A stretch of 64,000 nt of DNA, from the NCBI GenBank assembly GCA_000092065.1, contig CP000583.1; one strand, written 5' to 3'. The notes under the pieces were generated by a model, which saw only the letters and a program-made list of their open reading frames with translations, was not told the DNA's origin and made no database searches. Shown one piece after another: positions 19,814 through 29,677 of the stretch. This DNA comes from Ostreococcus lucimarinus (taxonomy: Eukaryota). Numbering within the stretch: position 1 is the stretch's first letter; each line of letters starts with the position of its first letter. Both the position numbers and the translations under genes were made by a program.

Positions 19814-22800
19814 CTAGAACGTGAAGAAGTAGTGAACATTCTCACGTGTCTTCTTCAACCATAGTTTGAATTTCGCTCCACGTGAGAGAAATGGCTTACG
19901 GTAGACGTATTCGGCATCCTTTGCCGTCTCTAACCCAGGCACGGGACCAGAAATGAGACCTAATTCTCGGAGTCGAGCAAAAAAATGTCTCTTTGCGTCA
20001 GACTGCGTACATTTACTTCGCCTGGTGGCGATTTGAATGAAAACGCTGAGCAAGAAACCATTCTTCATGTCGACGATCATTTCAATCTTTGGAGGGCATC
20101 CTTTCCATCGGATCTCATCTGTCTCGTCCCAAGTGAATTTTTTCAGATTTGTCCTCGCATCAGCTTCACCATCCTCCATTTCTGGGTTCGCCACATGCAA
20201 GAACGCAGTCATGGCTTTCTGATTAAATCGACAGTTCATCGTGTACCGAATGGACAAGATTCCCGCTGATTTTGATCCGGCATACTTGATCAATCGATTG
20301 AATGACGCACCCAATGCGAACCACCAGAGCATATTTAAGATGAACATGACCATTGGAGTCTGTACGTACCAATCGAAAGCCTTGACCGACCAGTCGATGT
20401 CAGCCGCAACGCCGAGATACAAACCGTGCAATCGATCAAGAATTGCAAAAGCGAGAGATCCAGCCAACACTACTTGCATGATCTCAAGGGACGTCGATGC
20501 GCGCTCATTTGCGCGGAAAACTTCTTCAAGGTTCTGCGTGTTGTTTGACACCGCCTCGTTCACCTTGAACTCTTTGTTTTCTTGAATGACATCGGCGGCA
20601 CTTTTCAACGCTTGCAACTCACCGCTCGCGCCGTCTAAGCTTTTGCGAATATCTCGAATGCGTCGCTCAAGGCGAAAGTTTGTATCATCGAGCTGCAGTA
20701 TTTTAGACAAGCGCTTCAATACTTGATCGTTTATTGCCATTGGTGCCGTCTCAGTGAGAGATTCAAGGAGATAGCTATGAATTTCCCGCATGAGAATGAT
20801 ATCTGCCGATACATTTGACATGAGTTCGCGAATTTTGAAGATATTGTTTGGATCGGCGTCATGATTGCGTATGAGATGATCGATTTCTCCGAGCGTGTCC
20901 ACGGTGACAAATGTTTGCCTATAGAGCGCCTGAATGAACATATTTCGTGACATCATGGACATGTATTGTAATACCAAGGGTTCAAATTTTTCGGTATTCT
21001 TTGAGCAGAGAATCATACCGGTTGAGCCGATGATGATCAATTCATCATCTCGCGATAGTTGAAAACCACACTCTACTTCACCGATGATCTGCCGAATCTC
21101 ATTTTCCATGTCTTCCATATCAAGCAGCTCATGCGCCATGGGCATCTCTTCTTGACCTCTCTTGTTGATTCTACTCGTGAAGAACACGTTGAACTTTTCG
21201 CGATTCATCGCATCGCCCATGTGCACTAAATCCAGCAAGTGTCGCTGATGGTCGGTGAGTAAATTACCAATGACTTCGCTTGAATCCGTGCCGATATCAC
21301 GAAGCAAACGTGCGAGGTGATCGAGCGAAAAGTTGTTGCCATCGGTCACTTTCATCATACCGTCGAGCGTCAAGCCGTAAAGCATGAAGCCTTCTTCACT
21401 CACGTGGATGCCGAAGTTTTCAATTTGCACAATTCCAGGTTCTTCTTCGTACTGTACCTCGGCTTCGAAGTTCACGTACGACGTTTCTTCGAAATCTAGC
21501 ACGTTGACCCGCGTCAAACCATCGACTTTGCCTTGGAAGCATGGGTTGTTGGGATCTTTGTCCATTTCGCTCGTAAAGTAGCCGCCAGCAACGCGGTCCG
21601 TCGAACCTAGCTTGTCATTCAGACTCAACACCTGATTCGCGCCCATAGGAATCCATTCACCAACCATCAATCGCAATCTATCGAATGACAACTGCTCATC
21701 CAGCTCGTCTCTGATGGTGCCCGTTGCTTTGACGAGTGCGGCGGTCTTGTGTTTGTTACTAGTGCACTCACGCCCCCACTTTCGCATCGACTTCGGAACG
21801 AACGGAGATGAAACGTACGAAACCTCTTCGATATCGGTGACATCGCTTGATTTCGTGTGACCTGAAGCGCTTTGGAGATAAAAAGTATCCGCTTTGGCGT
21901 CCCATTTTGCGACAAACAGGTTTCTTGGTGAAGGCTGCAATTTATCGGAGTACACGACTTCTTCGATGGCGGCTCTATCACGACGACGGAGGTGCGTTTT
22001 GAGGTGTAAATATCCCTCTTTTGTCAATCGGTAAGCCGTAGAGGTGCTATACTTCGTCGAACTCATCTTCATGCTCGATAAGAATCCAACTTGACACATA
22101 TCGTCGAGGTCGTCGACGCCTTCTTGAGAAATATTCAACCAAACGCGCTTAGATCCCATGGTCTCGGCCAAAGGTGCGTAATCGTAATTCAGCGCACCAG
22201 CACGAATACATTCATAAATCAAAACCAAGAGCTGGGTCTTTCGTACCCAAAGCTCGCTGTCTTCGGCCAAGCCTGGAAACGCATCTCTGTTCGCGTCCGC
22301 CGTGTACACCGACACGAGGAACAACAAACGCGTGTGCTCAACGCCAATCTCTTCTTCAGAGCCTTGAAACTGTTTTTTTGTTGGTTTCTGCGCGCTATGC
22401 TTACGCAAAGCTCGCATGATAGCCATCGGATTGAAATCTTCGCCACTCTTCTCATCGTTCGTTTCGAGTTCGAGCAGCGATTGTGCAATCACTTTATCTT
22501 TCTCCATTTTCGAATCCATCGCCTTTTGTAGCGACTCCTGCATCTGCTTGCTCAACATCTGATCAATCTTCTTCGTGTAATTATCGTACATCGCAATGAG
22601 AGCCAATCCAGCTACGTCCAATCTGTGTCCGCGCGCCGTATTCGTTCGCAACAACTCCAACTTTGTCAGCGCCTTCGCCATCGCCAGCGACGTTTGCATG
22701 TGAACCAACAACCGCCGCCAGAGCTTACGATACTTCGTTCGCGAGCTCGCGTGCGCTTGGGCGAAGCGGGACTTTACACCATCGCTCAGGGCGAGGTAGC

Positions 22801-22987
22801 GTCTTCGCGAGCACTCCGCGAAGAGCTCGGGCTTCACGAGCACGACGTCCTCCTCCGGGAAAGCCTTCACCATGACGATTCGCGGCGGTGGTACCCACGC
22901 CGGGTCTTCAGAACGACGCGCCATGATCTTCCGCGCGCGTCGGTCCGTCCTGCGTCGCTCGCGCGCGTCCTCAACGACCGATTCCAA
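19814..22987 (-). CDS. Large conserved-looking hypothetical protein (1057 aa) with two C-terminal hydrophobic helices
   Basis: Continuous ORF from an ATG with a normal amino-acid composition. Mostly helical with coiled-coil stretches. The C-terminus has two predicted TM segments (VVLAGSLAFAILDRL and TPMVMFILNMLWWFALGASF). I recognise no family. GC falls from about 60% at the 5' end to about 45% in the body. Confidence 0.5.
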   Translation of the reverse strand: MESVVEDARERRRTDRRARKIMARRSEDPAWVPPPRIVMVKAFPEEDVVLVKPELFAECSRRRYLALSDGVKSRFAQAHASSRTKYRKLWRRLLVHMQTSLAMAKALTKLELLRTNTARGHRLDVAGLALIAMYDNYTKKIDQMLSKQMQESLQKAMDSKMEKDKVIAQSLLELETNDEKSGEDFNPMAIMRALRKHSAQKPTKKQFQGSEEEIGVEHTRLLFLVSVYTADANRDAFPGLAEDSELWVRKTQLLVLIYECIRAGALNYDYAPLAETMGSKRVWLNISQEGVDDLDDMCQVGFLSSMKMSSTKYSTSTAYRLTKEGYLHLKTHLRRRDRAAIEEVVYSDKLQPSPRNLFVAKWDAKADTFYLQSASGHTKSSDVTDIEEVSYVSSPFVPKSMRKWGRECTSNKHKTAALVKATGTIRDELDEQLSFDRLRLMVGEWIPMGANQVLSLNDKLGSTDRVAGGYFTSEMDKDPNNPCFQGKVDGLTRVNVLDFEETSYVNFEAEVQYEEEPGIVQIENFGIHVSEEGFMLYGLTLDGMMKVTDGNNFSLDHLARLLRDIGTDSSEVIGNLLTDHQRHLLDLVHMGDAMNREKFNVFFTSRINKRGQEEMPMAHELLDMEDMENEIRQIIGEVECGFQLSRDDELIIIGSTGMILCSKNTEKFEPLVLQYMSMMSRNMFIQALYRQTFVTVDTLGEIDHLIRNHDADPNNIFKIRELMSNVSADIILMREIHSYLLESLTETAPMAINDQVLKRLSKILQLDDTNFRLERRIRDIRKSLDGASGELQALKSAADVIQENKEFKVNEAVSNNTQNLEEVFRANERASTSLEIMQVVLAGSLAFAILDRLHGLYLGVAADIDWSVKAFDWYVQTPMVMFILNMLWWFALGASFNRLIKYAGSKSAGILSIRYTMNCRFNQKAMTAFLHVANPEMEDGEADARTNLKKFTWDETDEIRWKGCPPKIEMIVDMKNGFLLSVFIQIATRRSKCTQSDAKRHFFARLRELGLISGPVPGLETAKDAEYVYRKPFLSRGAKFKLWLKKTRENVHYFFTF

Positions 22988-23171
22988 AAATCAAATTGAA
23001 TTCTCAATCAGCCCAACGACTGACGATCGACGCAGCGCCGCGCTCCCGCTCGATCGCGCGCCCTCGCGCGCGCGCTTAACGCTCGCGCGCGTCCTCGGCG
23101 AGCTTTTCGCGCGTCGAACACCGCGCAAAGCGCGCGTCGTCGCGTAATGCAGCGATGATGTCCCGCGCACG
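22988..23171. promoter_or_regulatory. 184-bp divergent promoter between the 1057-aa gene (minus) and the bromodomain gene (plus)
   Basis: Head-to-head ATGs at 22987 and 23172. Confidence 0.4.
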
Positions 23172-25163
23172 ATGGCGCGGTCCCGACCGCACACGCCCGC
23201 GCTCGTCCGCGACGCGGCGGTCGTCGCGAGACCGTTCGCGCGCGCGACGCGCGCGACGCGCGCGGCGTTCGCGCGCGCGATGGCGAGCGATGGCGCGGGC
23301 GAGGCGCCGAGGAAGCTGCCGAAGTTGACGTTCAAGCTCAAGCTCAGCGCGGCGGCGACCGCGCGACGCGACGACGGCGAGGACGCGCGCCGAGGGAAGC
23401 GACGGCGAGAGGACGATGAGACGAGCGAGGATGATCGGCGGATGCGGGAGCTGAAGATGAAGGCGGCGCGGTTGAGTCGGATGCTGCCGAACGGCGAGGT
23501 CGCGGGGACGCGGGGCGGAGCGGACGGCGGCGACGAACGCGACGGGAGCGAACGCGTGATCGAGCGCGCGGCGCCGAGCGGCGCGCCGAGTGGTTTGTCG
23601 AGAGGAACGGCGCCGAGGGCGGCTATTTTCGATCACGTTGGGTTCAGGGAGGGTGGGACGGAGGCGGCGCCTTCGACGAGCTCTCCGGACGAGGACGGGG
23701 TCGCGGGGCCAGAGGAACCGCGAGTAGGAGGGCAGAATCTGACGCTCGAGCCGCCGAAGGTGAAAAACGAGGGTGCTGTGACGAAGAGGAAGCTGGAGGA
23801 TGCGTTGAATAAGCTGCAGAAATTGGATAAATTTCACATCTTTGCGTATCCCGTGACGGAGGATATTGCTCCGGGGTACTTTTCAATCATCTCTCGGCCG
23901 ATGGATTTCGCCACGCTACGAGCGCACGTGAAGAATAACGATTACTTGAGCATGTATCCGTTTTGCGTCGACGTCGAGACGATGTATCGCAACGCATTAG
24001 CGTATAATCCGCCGTCTACAGAGATTCACCAACAAGCGACTATGATGTTGGAGCGAGCGAGGCGAATGCTGAATAAATTGCGTGGGTTGTCGCCCAACGC
24101 GGGATTCATCAAGCCTCAAAAGCCAAAAACGATCAAGGCAACGCTCAATCGCGCGCCACTGACCGCCAAGCTGTCAAAATCGGCGAACTCGTCGGGCGCT
24201 TTGTTGGCGACAGATGTCGACATGTTTTCAAGCGGCGCAGGCGGTTTACCAGACTTCCCGAACGACGAATCCGTCGGGGTCAATGATTTTAGTTTAGTAG
24301 ACGAAGATGATTTTGGGATTGGTTTAGACACTTTTTTGGACGACGATTCCTTCCCTATGATGGGTATGCAAGCGGACATTGCAGACACGTTTGACATGCA
24401 GGAGGATGACATCGCCACCGGTGACACCGTCTTCGTAAATCCACCTCAACAGATACGACCAAAGACCATGGCGGCGGCGACAAAGCGTCAAACGTTTAAG
24501 ATTCCGCCGCAGTCGAGAAGGCTTAAGCGTCTACCAGAGATCTTTATGCGTCCAGGGCAATTTATCAGTCGACTGCGACAGTCGGGAAACATCTTTGTCT
24601 CGAGCAAAAGTAGCGCCACACTGGACATGTACTCGGCTTCAGTGCGCGCATTTCTTTCGGGAGTACCCGAAGATGCGAGGGATAAGTTTTTGAACGAAAG
24701 GTGGAAGCTGTGCTTGGCGCGACCTGATCCAAAAATGGTCGAGCCGGCGAAACACGCGCCTACTCCCAAGGCGCCCACGCACACTGGTCACAGCCAACTG
24801 CCGTCTTCCACGTCGCAGCAGTATTTCCCGAAACCAGCGAGCGCTAGTCAACTGATGCCGAACGTGAGTTCAGCTGCAAGCCTGGAAACGCTGTTGAAGG
24901 AAAATCCAGACGACCAGAATCACAGTAAACGCGTCCAGTCGGGCCTCGACGGAATGCGAGCGATGCTGCGCGCCGGCGAAGCCCTCCGTGGTGATCCGGT
25001 GCCGTCGAATGAGAATCCATTAGACTCTCTTCCTCGTGGATTCGTGCCCGCAGATGGCACCATGGAGTTCGCGGTGTCATGTCTCGGAAGCACCATCGCC
25101 AAGACGTTGAAGAAATTCAACGTCGATCTCTACCCTGAATCGTCAAACAGAGAACATGAATAG
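23172..25163 (+). CDS. Bromodomain-containing protein
   Basis: Bromodomain core ...FHIFAYPVTEDIAPGYFSIISRPMDFATLRAHVKNNDYLSMYPFCVDVETMYRNALAYNPPSTEIHQQA... (ZA loop, conserved Y and N). It is flanked by acidic, Arg-rich and low-complexity regions. Confidence 0.75.
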   Translation: MARSRPHTPALVRDAAVVARPFARATRATRAAFARAMASDGAGEAPRKLPKLTFKLKLSAAATARRDDGEDARRGKRRREDDETSEDDRRMRELKMKAARLSRMLPNGEVAGTRGGADGGDERDGSERVIERAAPSGAPSGLSRGTAPRAAIFDHVGFREGGTEAAPSTSSPDEDGVAGPEEPRVGGQNLTLEPPKVKNEGAVTKRKLEDALNKLQKLDKFHIFAYPVTEDIAPGYFSIISRPMDFATLRAHVKNNDYLSMYPFCVDVETMYRNALAYNPPSTEIHQQATMMLERARRMLNKLRGLSPNAGFIKPQKPKTIKATLNRAPLTAKLSKSANSSGALLATDVDMFSSGAGGLPDFPNDESVGVNDFSLVDEDDFGIGLDTFLDDDSFPMMGMQADIADTFDMQEDDIATGDTVFVNPPQQIRPKTMAAATKRQTFKIPPQSRRLKRLPEIFMRPGQFISRLRQSGNIFVSSKSSATLDMYSASVRAFLSGVPEDARDKFLNERWKLCLARPDPKMVEPAKHAPTPKAPTHTGHSQLPSSTSQQYFPKPASASQLMPNVSSAASLETLLKENPDDQNHSKRVQSGLDGMRAMLRAGEALRGDPVPSNENPLDSLPRGFVPADGTMEFAVSCLGSTIAKTLKKFNVDLYPESSNREHE

Positions 25164-25254
25164 GAACATGAACATGATTGCACAGAACATTGTATTATTA
25201 CAGCACGATTTGAAGAAATATATTATACACTCTTCGTTCCATTCCCCGAACGCG

Positions 25255-25734
25255 TCATTCGTTGTCGTCATCGTCGTCGTCATCGAGCGTCCCCGCGCGT
25301 CGCTTGACCGGGACGAAGGCCTTACCATCAACGGTCAACGCCGACAATAAAACGCGCGATTCGCGCTCAACTGGCGCACCGCCCACACACACACGTCCGT
25401 CTTTGATCATGTCATCCACATCCGACCTCGTCTTTGCGTAGCCGTGCTTTATGAGCATTTTATCGACGCGTTTTCTTTTCGCGGATTCAAACGTCGCTTC
25501 GTTTTCTTTACCGAAGAGCGAGAATCCCCAGCCTTTCTCGATAGAGCGATCGTCCTTGACGACGATCCAGTCGTCGACATCGTCCACGTTGATCGTTTTC
25601 GCGGCGCTCGCGAGGGCGGGAGACATGGCGACCGGACGCGTCGCGCGATTGTGGCGCAACGGTCGAGAGAGTTCAACCGTGTATGGGTGGGCTTTCAAAA
25701 TACTGATCTTTACACGTCGTCGCCTAAAACGCAC
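25255..25734 (-). CDS. Small S4-domain RNA-binding protein (Hsp15/S4-like) with acidic C-terminal tail
   Basis: ...KRVDKMLIKHGYAKTRSDVDDMIKDGRVCVGGAPVERESRVLLSALTVDGKAF... fits the S4/Hsp15 alpha-L RNA-binding fold. It ends in DDDDDDDNE. The true start may be the internal ATG at about 25625 (MSPALAS...). Confidence 0.5.
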   Translation of the reverse strand: MRFRRRRVKISILKAHPYTVELSRPLRHNRATRPVAMSPALASAAKTINVDDVDDWIVVKDDRSIEKGWGFSLFGKENEATFESAKRKRVDKMLIKHGYAKTRSDVDDMIKDGRVCVGGAPVERESRVLLSALTVDGKAFVPVKRRAGTLDDDDDDDNE

Positions 25735-25756
25735 TGATGAACACTGGTGCGAAAAA

Positions 25757-26749
25757 CTATTCTCCCACGGTCATCCCGAATCCGAACTTGTGGTTTTTGT
25801 TGAAGTGATCGACCTCGGCGGAGAGGATGAGGTTCAACCCGACGTTGAGGCGCTCCTCGAGGTAGGTGGAGACGACGCCGTGGTTGTCAATGCGGCCGCG
25901 AATTCTGCACTGGCGCAAGATGTAATCGTATCCCACGCTCGCTTGTGCGCTACGTTGGTTCCAGTTCCACAAGAAATCGCTCGCCAGCATCGCCTTCTCG
26001 CTAACTTTGGTGCAATACGTGAGCGACAACAGCCCAGTCGTGGCGATTTGCCCGGTGGCGACGGTTTTGTCATCCGCGTATCTCGCCGCGAACCCGACCC
26101 CGGACTTGCCCTGAGTACCCAAATAGAAACCTTCCCCACCCAAGGACAGCGTCGGCGTGACGCTCTGCAAGTAGTTCACCCCGTAAAACTTTCCGCTCCC
26201 GTACTTCAACTGCGCCTGGTAATCCAAACCCTTGAAGTCGGCGTCAAACATCACTTGCGAAAACCCCGGCTCCTTGGTCGATTGCAACTTAAGCGACAAC
26301 CAATCGCTCAAGTCATACTTCACCCTACCACTCACTCTACCATCCGTCAGAATTCTCCCCACGAGCATGTAATCCTGATCGACCACGTTTGCCCCAAACT
26401 CGTACGTCGACGTCGGCAGCTTGACAATCTGCCCTTGCGCCGGCACCTCCACGTTCCCGAGAAAGAACCCGTGGCTCAAGAAGAACTTCTGATTCAGCTG
26501 TTTGTTATAATCAAACCTCGCGCCCTCGAACAGATCCGCCTTCAGCGACATCATCACCTCTCTTTGCATCTCCTCGTACTTCACCGGGCAGGGCAAATCG
26601 CCGTAGTCGACGCGTCCCGTGCGCGGTCCATCGCCGGTTTTCGCCGCGTTCGCCGCCGCTTCCGCCGCGGCGTCGTCGGCGGCGTCGTCGGCGTTCGTCA
26701 TCGGCGGCATCACCGCCGCGGATTCCATGCGCGACGTCGTCAGCCCCAT
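25757..26749 (-). CDS. TOM40: Mitochondrial outer-membrane import channel TOM40 (eukaryotic porin superfamily)
   Basis: The ATG at 26749 gives MGLTTSRMESAAV.... Beta-barrel with alternating polar and apolar strands and Tom40 hallmarks (...YEEMQREVMMSLKADLFEGARFDYNKQLNQKFFLSHGFFLG..., the C-terminus ...KNHKFGFGMTVGE). The Arg/Ser-rich ORF upstream of 26749 is rejected as UTR. Confidence 0.8.
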   Translation of the reverse strand: MGLTTSRMESAAVMPPMTNADDAADDAAAEAAANAAKTGDGPRTGRVDYGDLPCPVKYEEMQREVMMSLKADLFEGARFDYNKQLNQKFFLSHGFFLGNVEVPAQGQIVKLPTSTYEFGANVVDQDYMLVGRILTDGRVSGRVKYDLSDWLSLKLQSTKEPGFSQVMFDADFKGLDYQAQLKYGSGKFYGVNYLQSVTPTLSLGGEGFYLGTQGKSGVGFAARYADDKTVATGQIATTGLLSLTYCTKVSEKAMLASDFLWNWNQRSAQASVGYDYILRQCRIRGRIDNHGVVSTYLEERLNVGLNLILSAEVDHFNKNHKFGFGMTVGE

Positions 26750-26992
26750 GATCGCGCCGCGTACTGCCGCCGCGATCGATCGACGCGATCGTCCGCGCGG
26801 ACGCGTCGGTCGCGCGCGCGCGCGCCGAAGCTCGCGCCGTCGTTCGATCGTCGACGACGAACCTCGAGACGAGGGTCGACGCGATCGCGATTCGAATGAT
26901 GGTCCGTGTGATGCTTCGATCGACGTGAGACGTCGTGCAGTCGCGCCCGGTCGCGCGATCCGTCTCTTCGACGCGCGCGTGAACCCAGAGCC
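26750..26992. promoter_or_regulatory. 243-bp divergent promoter between TOM40 (minus) and RPL10 (plus)
   Basis: Head-to-head start codons at 26749 and 26993. Confidence 0.4.
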
Positions 26993-27074
26993 ATGGCGCG
27001 ACGACCGGCGAAATGCTATCGCGTGATTAAGAACAAACCGTACCCGAAGTCTCGTTACTGCCGGGGCGTGCCGG
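26993..27074 (+). CDS. RPL10: 60S ribosomal protein L10 (uL16) exon 1
   Basis: ATG GCG CGA CGA CCG GCG AAA TGC TAT CGC GTG ATT AAG AAC AAA CCG TAC CCG AAG TCT CGT TAC TGC CGG GGC GTG CCG G encodes [27 protein letters not shown]. This is the universally conserved RPL10 N-terminus. It is followed by the donor GTGCGTG. Confidence 0.8.
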
Positions 27075-27177
27075 GTGCGTGCGGTGACGCGACGACGCGC
27101 GCGGAACGAGCGATCGAATAACCCTAAAACGAACGCGCGACTGACGACGAACGCGCGACGCGTGCGATGATGCGCAG

Positions 27178-27256
27178 ATCCTAAGATTCGCATTTACGAT
27201 GCGGGGATGAAGAAGTATTCGTGCGACGCGTTCCCGGCGTGCGTGCACCTCGTGAG
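27178..27256 (+). CDS. RPL10: 60S ribosomal protein L10 exon 2
   Basis: Acceptor gcgcAG. The exon encodes (D)[25 protein letters not shown], matching RPL10 DPKIRI(Y/F)DVG.... Donor GTACGT at 27257. Intron 1 carries CGACTGACGA 37 nt before the acceptor. Confidence 0.8.
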
Positions 27257-27418
27257 GTACGTATCGAGCGATGACGCGCGCGTGATGATGGGCGCGAGAG
27301 ACCTAAACCGTGCGCGGAGCGCAGGGACGGTGATGCGCGTGGGGGGACGCGCGCGACGCGTGCGATGGGTGACGGAGGATGAGGACTGACGAGACGTTAT
27401 TTTTACATCGACGCGCAG

Positions 27419-27938
27419 TTTCGAAAAGGAGCAAATCGGCTCTGAGGCGATGGAGGCGGGACGTATCGCGGCGAACAAGTACATGGTGACCAAGGCTGGG
27501 AAGGAAGGTTTCCACCTTCGCGTGCGCTTGCACCCGTTCCACGTGTTGCGCATCAACAAGATGTTGTCGTGCGCGGGTGCGGATCGCTTGCAAACGGGTA
27601 TGCGTGGTGCGTACGGTAAGCCGCAAGGTGTCGCCGCGCGAGTGTCCATTGGTCAAATCATGTTGTCGATTCGAACCAAGGATGTGCACGCGGACAAGGC
27701 TGTCGAGGCGTTCCGTCGTGCCAAGCACAAGTTCCCGGGCCGCCAAAAGATTGTCAAGTCTAAGCAGTGGGGTTTCACGAAGTACTCCCGCGATGACTAC
27801 ATGAAGTGGAAGGATCAAGGCCGCATTGAGCCGGATGGTGTCAACGCGAAGATCGTCCAACACCACGGTCCGCTCGCGGCCAAGCCGGCGAGCCAACTCT
27901 TCCTCAACGCGGCTCGCAGGTACAAGGTTGCCCTTTAA
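27419..27938 (+). CDS. RPL10: 60S ribosomal protein L10 exon 3 (to stop)
   Basis: Acceptor gcgCAG after the branch motif GAGGACTGACGAG. The exon encodes [71 protein letters not shown]..., which is collinear with human RPL10 to the C-terminus. The three exons total 681 nt, 226 aa. Confidence 0.85.
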
Positions 27939-28058
27939 GTGGATCAAACTTTTAGAAGTTTGAGCTTTTTAGAAGTTTGTGATCGTGAACTTATCGAGTT
28001 TTCGTAAAAAAATGCGTCTCCACTTACAAATACAACCGCGCTAATGCGTTAGATTTAC

Positions 28059-29552
28059 TCACGGCTCGCCCGCCGCGAGTCGACAACCGATGAGCTGATA
28101 GTACGTGTCGCTCGAACGCACGCGTTCACCGTCAACTAATCGAACGGAAACCGCAGAATCGTTCGATTTCGGTGCTCCCACGCACTCGAGCCGGCCACAG
28201 AACATGAACTGTCCCGGCGGACGGCGCACGAAGAGCAACGCATTGTCCGTCGCTTCGCCCGCGGATTCAGGCGTGAGTTCTGCGGACTTCGATCGCCCAA
28301 CGCGAGCAATGTCACTATCGTGAGCGCCTGCCGCTTTTCCGTCCCATGTCATGTACAGCTCGCCGTCGCGTTCCCAGAAAGACGTAGGGCCTCTTGTCTG
28401 CGGTTTGCCTACAGAGACGAATAGGGAAATCGCGTTCGCCCAAGTGTCTACGTTGCGCCCGTCGTTCTTCGTGCGAATGGGAGTATCGCCAGAGAGCAAA
28501 TCGACGGCGCCTTTTCGACCGCTCACAAGCGTCTTTCCCACACTTTCTAACGAATTCACGACGTCTGCGGTGGCTTTTTCGATTGGGGTCTCGCGCGCGA
28601 ACTGACACGGCTTACCTTGCCCACCCCTCTTAGCCGCCTTCTTCGCCTGCTTCTGAGCCAACGCGCGCACTTTTTTCACCTTTCTCGGAAGTCCTCGAAG
28701 AGGTTCACCTAGCTCGACGACCGTGCGTAGTACGCGCGGGATCTCCGCCTCGTCCTCTATCATAGTTAGGCACTTGTCAAAAATCAAACACAAGCTGTAC
28801 CCATCCGCCGCAGCGTACGCCATCTGGCTTTCCGTGAGCGGTCGTTTCCCCCAGTCACTGCACTGTTCTTTTTTATCCAATAAACACCCTATAACCTGTC
28901 GCGTCAGCACAGCCAATCCACAACGCAAAGGCGTTTTATTCGGCATCGCCGCATACGCCAATTGTTTCACGTCGACAAGATTTCGACTCTTCTCTTCCCA
29001 AACACTCAGATGAGAGTAAGACGCCTTCATACGTTTGACATCGTACGCAAAACTAAACCCAAGTTTGTACACGCCCTCGCTCCAAAGCACGGCTTTTAAG
29101 AGCTCATCCGTCGCCACATTTAACGACTCGCCCGCGCTCCGCGGCGCTGTAGCCAGTAAATCAATCAAAAACACCTCCTCTCGCGTCGCGATTTGCAACA
29201 GTGCCACGGGAGTATTATCCCCAGGTCGCCACTCCGCGTCCAGTCCCAAACACGGGGGCGTTCGCACGCTCGTCGACGTCTCGTTTTCATCCGTCCCGGC
29301 CGCCGCGAGCGCGAGCACGACCTCCGTCGCGCGCTTCAGCCCGTCGACGTCGTCGACCCAATACACGCGATCTTCCGGTACGTTGGGCAGTGGAGTGTAT
29401 CGGTCGTTCTTTTTCGCGTTCGGCGCCGTCGTAGGCGCACTCGGAATGACGGCATTCGCGCGAATGCTTTGCGCCCGGCGGCTGCTTTTCGGCGACTGCC
29501 GTTGACGCGCATGCGCGGTGAACGGCGACGCGCGCGCGGCGGTGACGCGCAT
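28059..29552 (-). CDS. 3'-5' exonuclease (DEDDy, WRN-exo/RNase D-like) domain protein with an uncharacterised C-terminal domain
   Basis: ...VYWVDDVDGLKRATEVV...CLGLDAEWRPGDNTPVALLQIATREEVFLIDLL... is the exo I motif, followed by ...AAADGYSLCLIF... which is exo III with the conserved Y. A 150-aa C-terminal domain (...FMFCGRLECVG...) is unassigned. Confidence 0.7.
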   Translation of the reverse strand: MRVTAARASPFTAHARQRQSPKSSRRAQSIRANAVIPSAPTTAPNAKKNDRYTPLPNVPEDRVYWVDDVDGLKRATEVVLALAAAGTDENETSTSVRTPPCLGLDAEWRPGDNTPVALLQIATREEVFLIDLLATAPRSAGESLNVATDELLKAVLWSEGVYKLGFSFAYDVKRMKASYSHLSVWEEKSRNLVDVKQLAYAAMPNKTPLRCGLAVLTRQVIGCLLDKKEQCSDWGKRPLTESQMAYAAADGYSLCLIFDKCLTMIEDEAEIPRVLRTVVELGEPLRGLPRKVKKVRALAQKQAKKAAKRGGQGKPCQFARETPIEKATADVVNSLESVGKTLVSGRKGAVDLLSGDTPIRTKNDGRNVDTWANAISLFVSVGKPQTRGPTSFWERDGELYMTWDGKAAGAHDSDIARVGRSKSAELTPESAGEATDNALLFVRRPPGQFMFCGRLECVGAPKSNDSAVSVRLVDGERVRSSDTYYQLIGCRLAAGEP

Positions 29553-29677
29553 TTAGAGCGTGTGACTCCGGCGTCCTCGCTCGTCGACGACGGACTAGCG
29601 TCGACTCGTAGGACGCGGCGAAGTGCAGACGGCGCGAGAGGGCGGAGACGCAACGCGTGCTACGTAATGTTACACAT

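Noticed and set aside
19814-22987. The 1057-aa protein as a CorA/MRS2 or MCU-type channel
   Set aside because: It has two C-terminal helices, but the CorA GMN motif and the MCU DIME motif are absent, and the inter-helix loop is far too long.
25451-26899. 482-aa plus-strand ORF antisense to TOM40
   Set aside because: Arg/Ala/Pro-rich low-complexity translation typical of the reverse strand of GC-rich coding DNA. The opposite strand encodes a clear TOM40.
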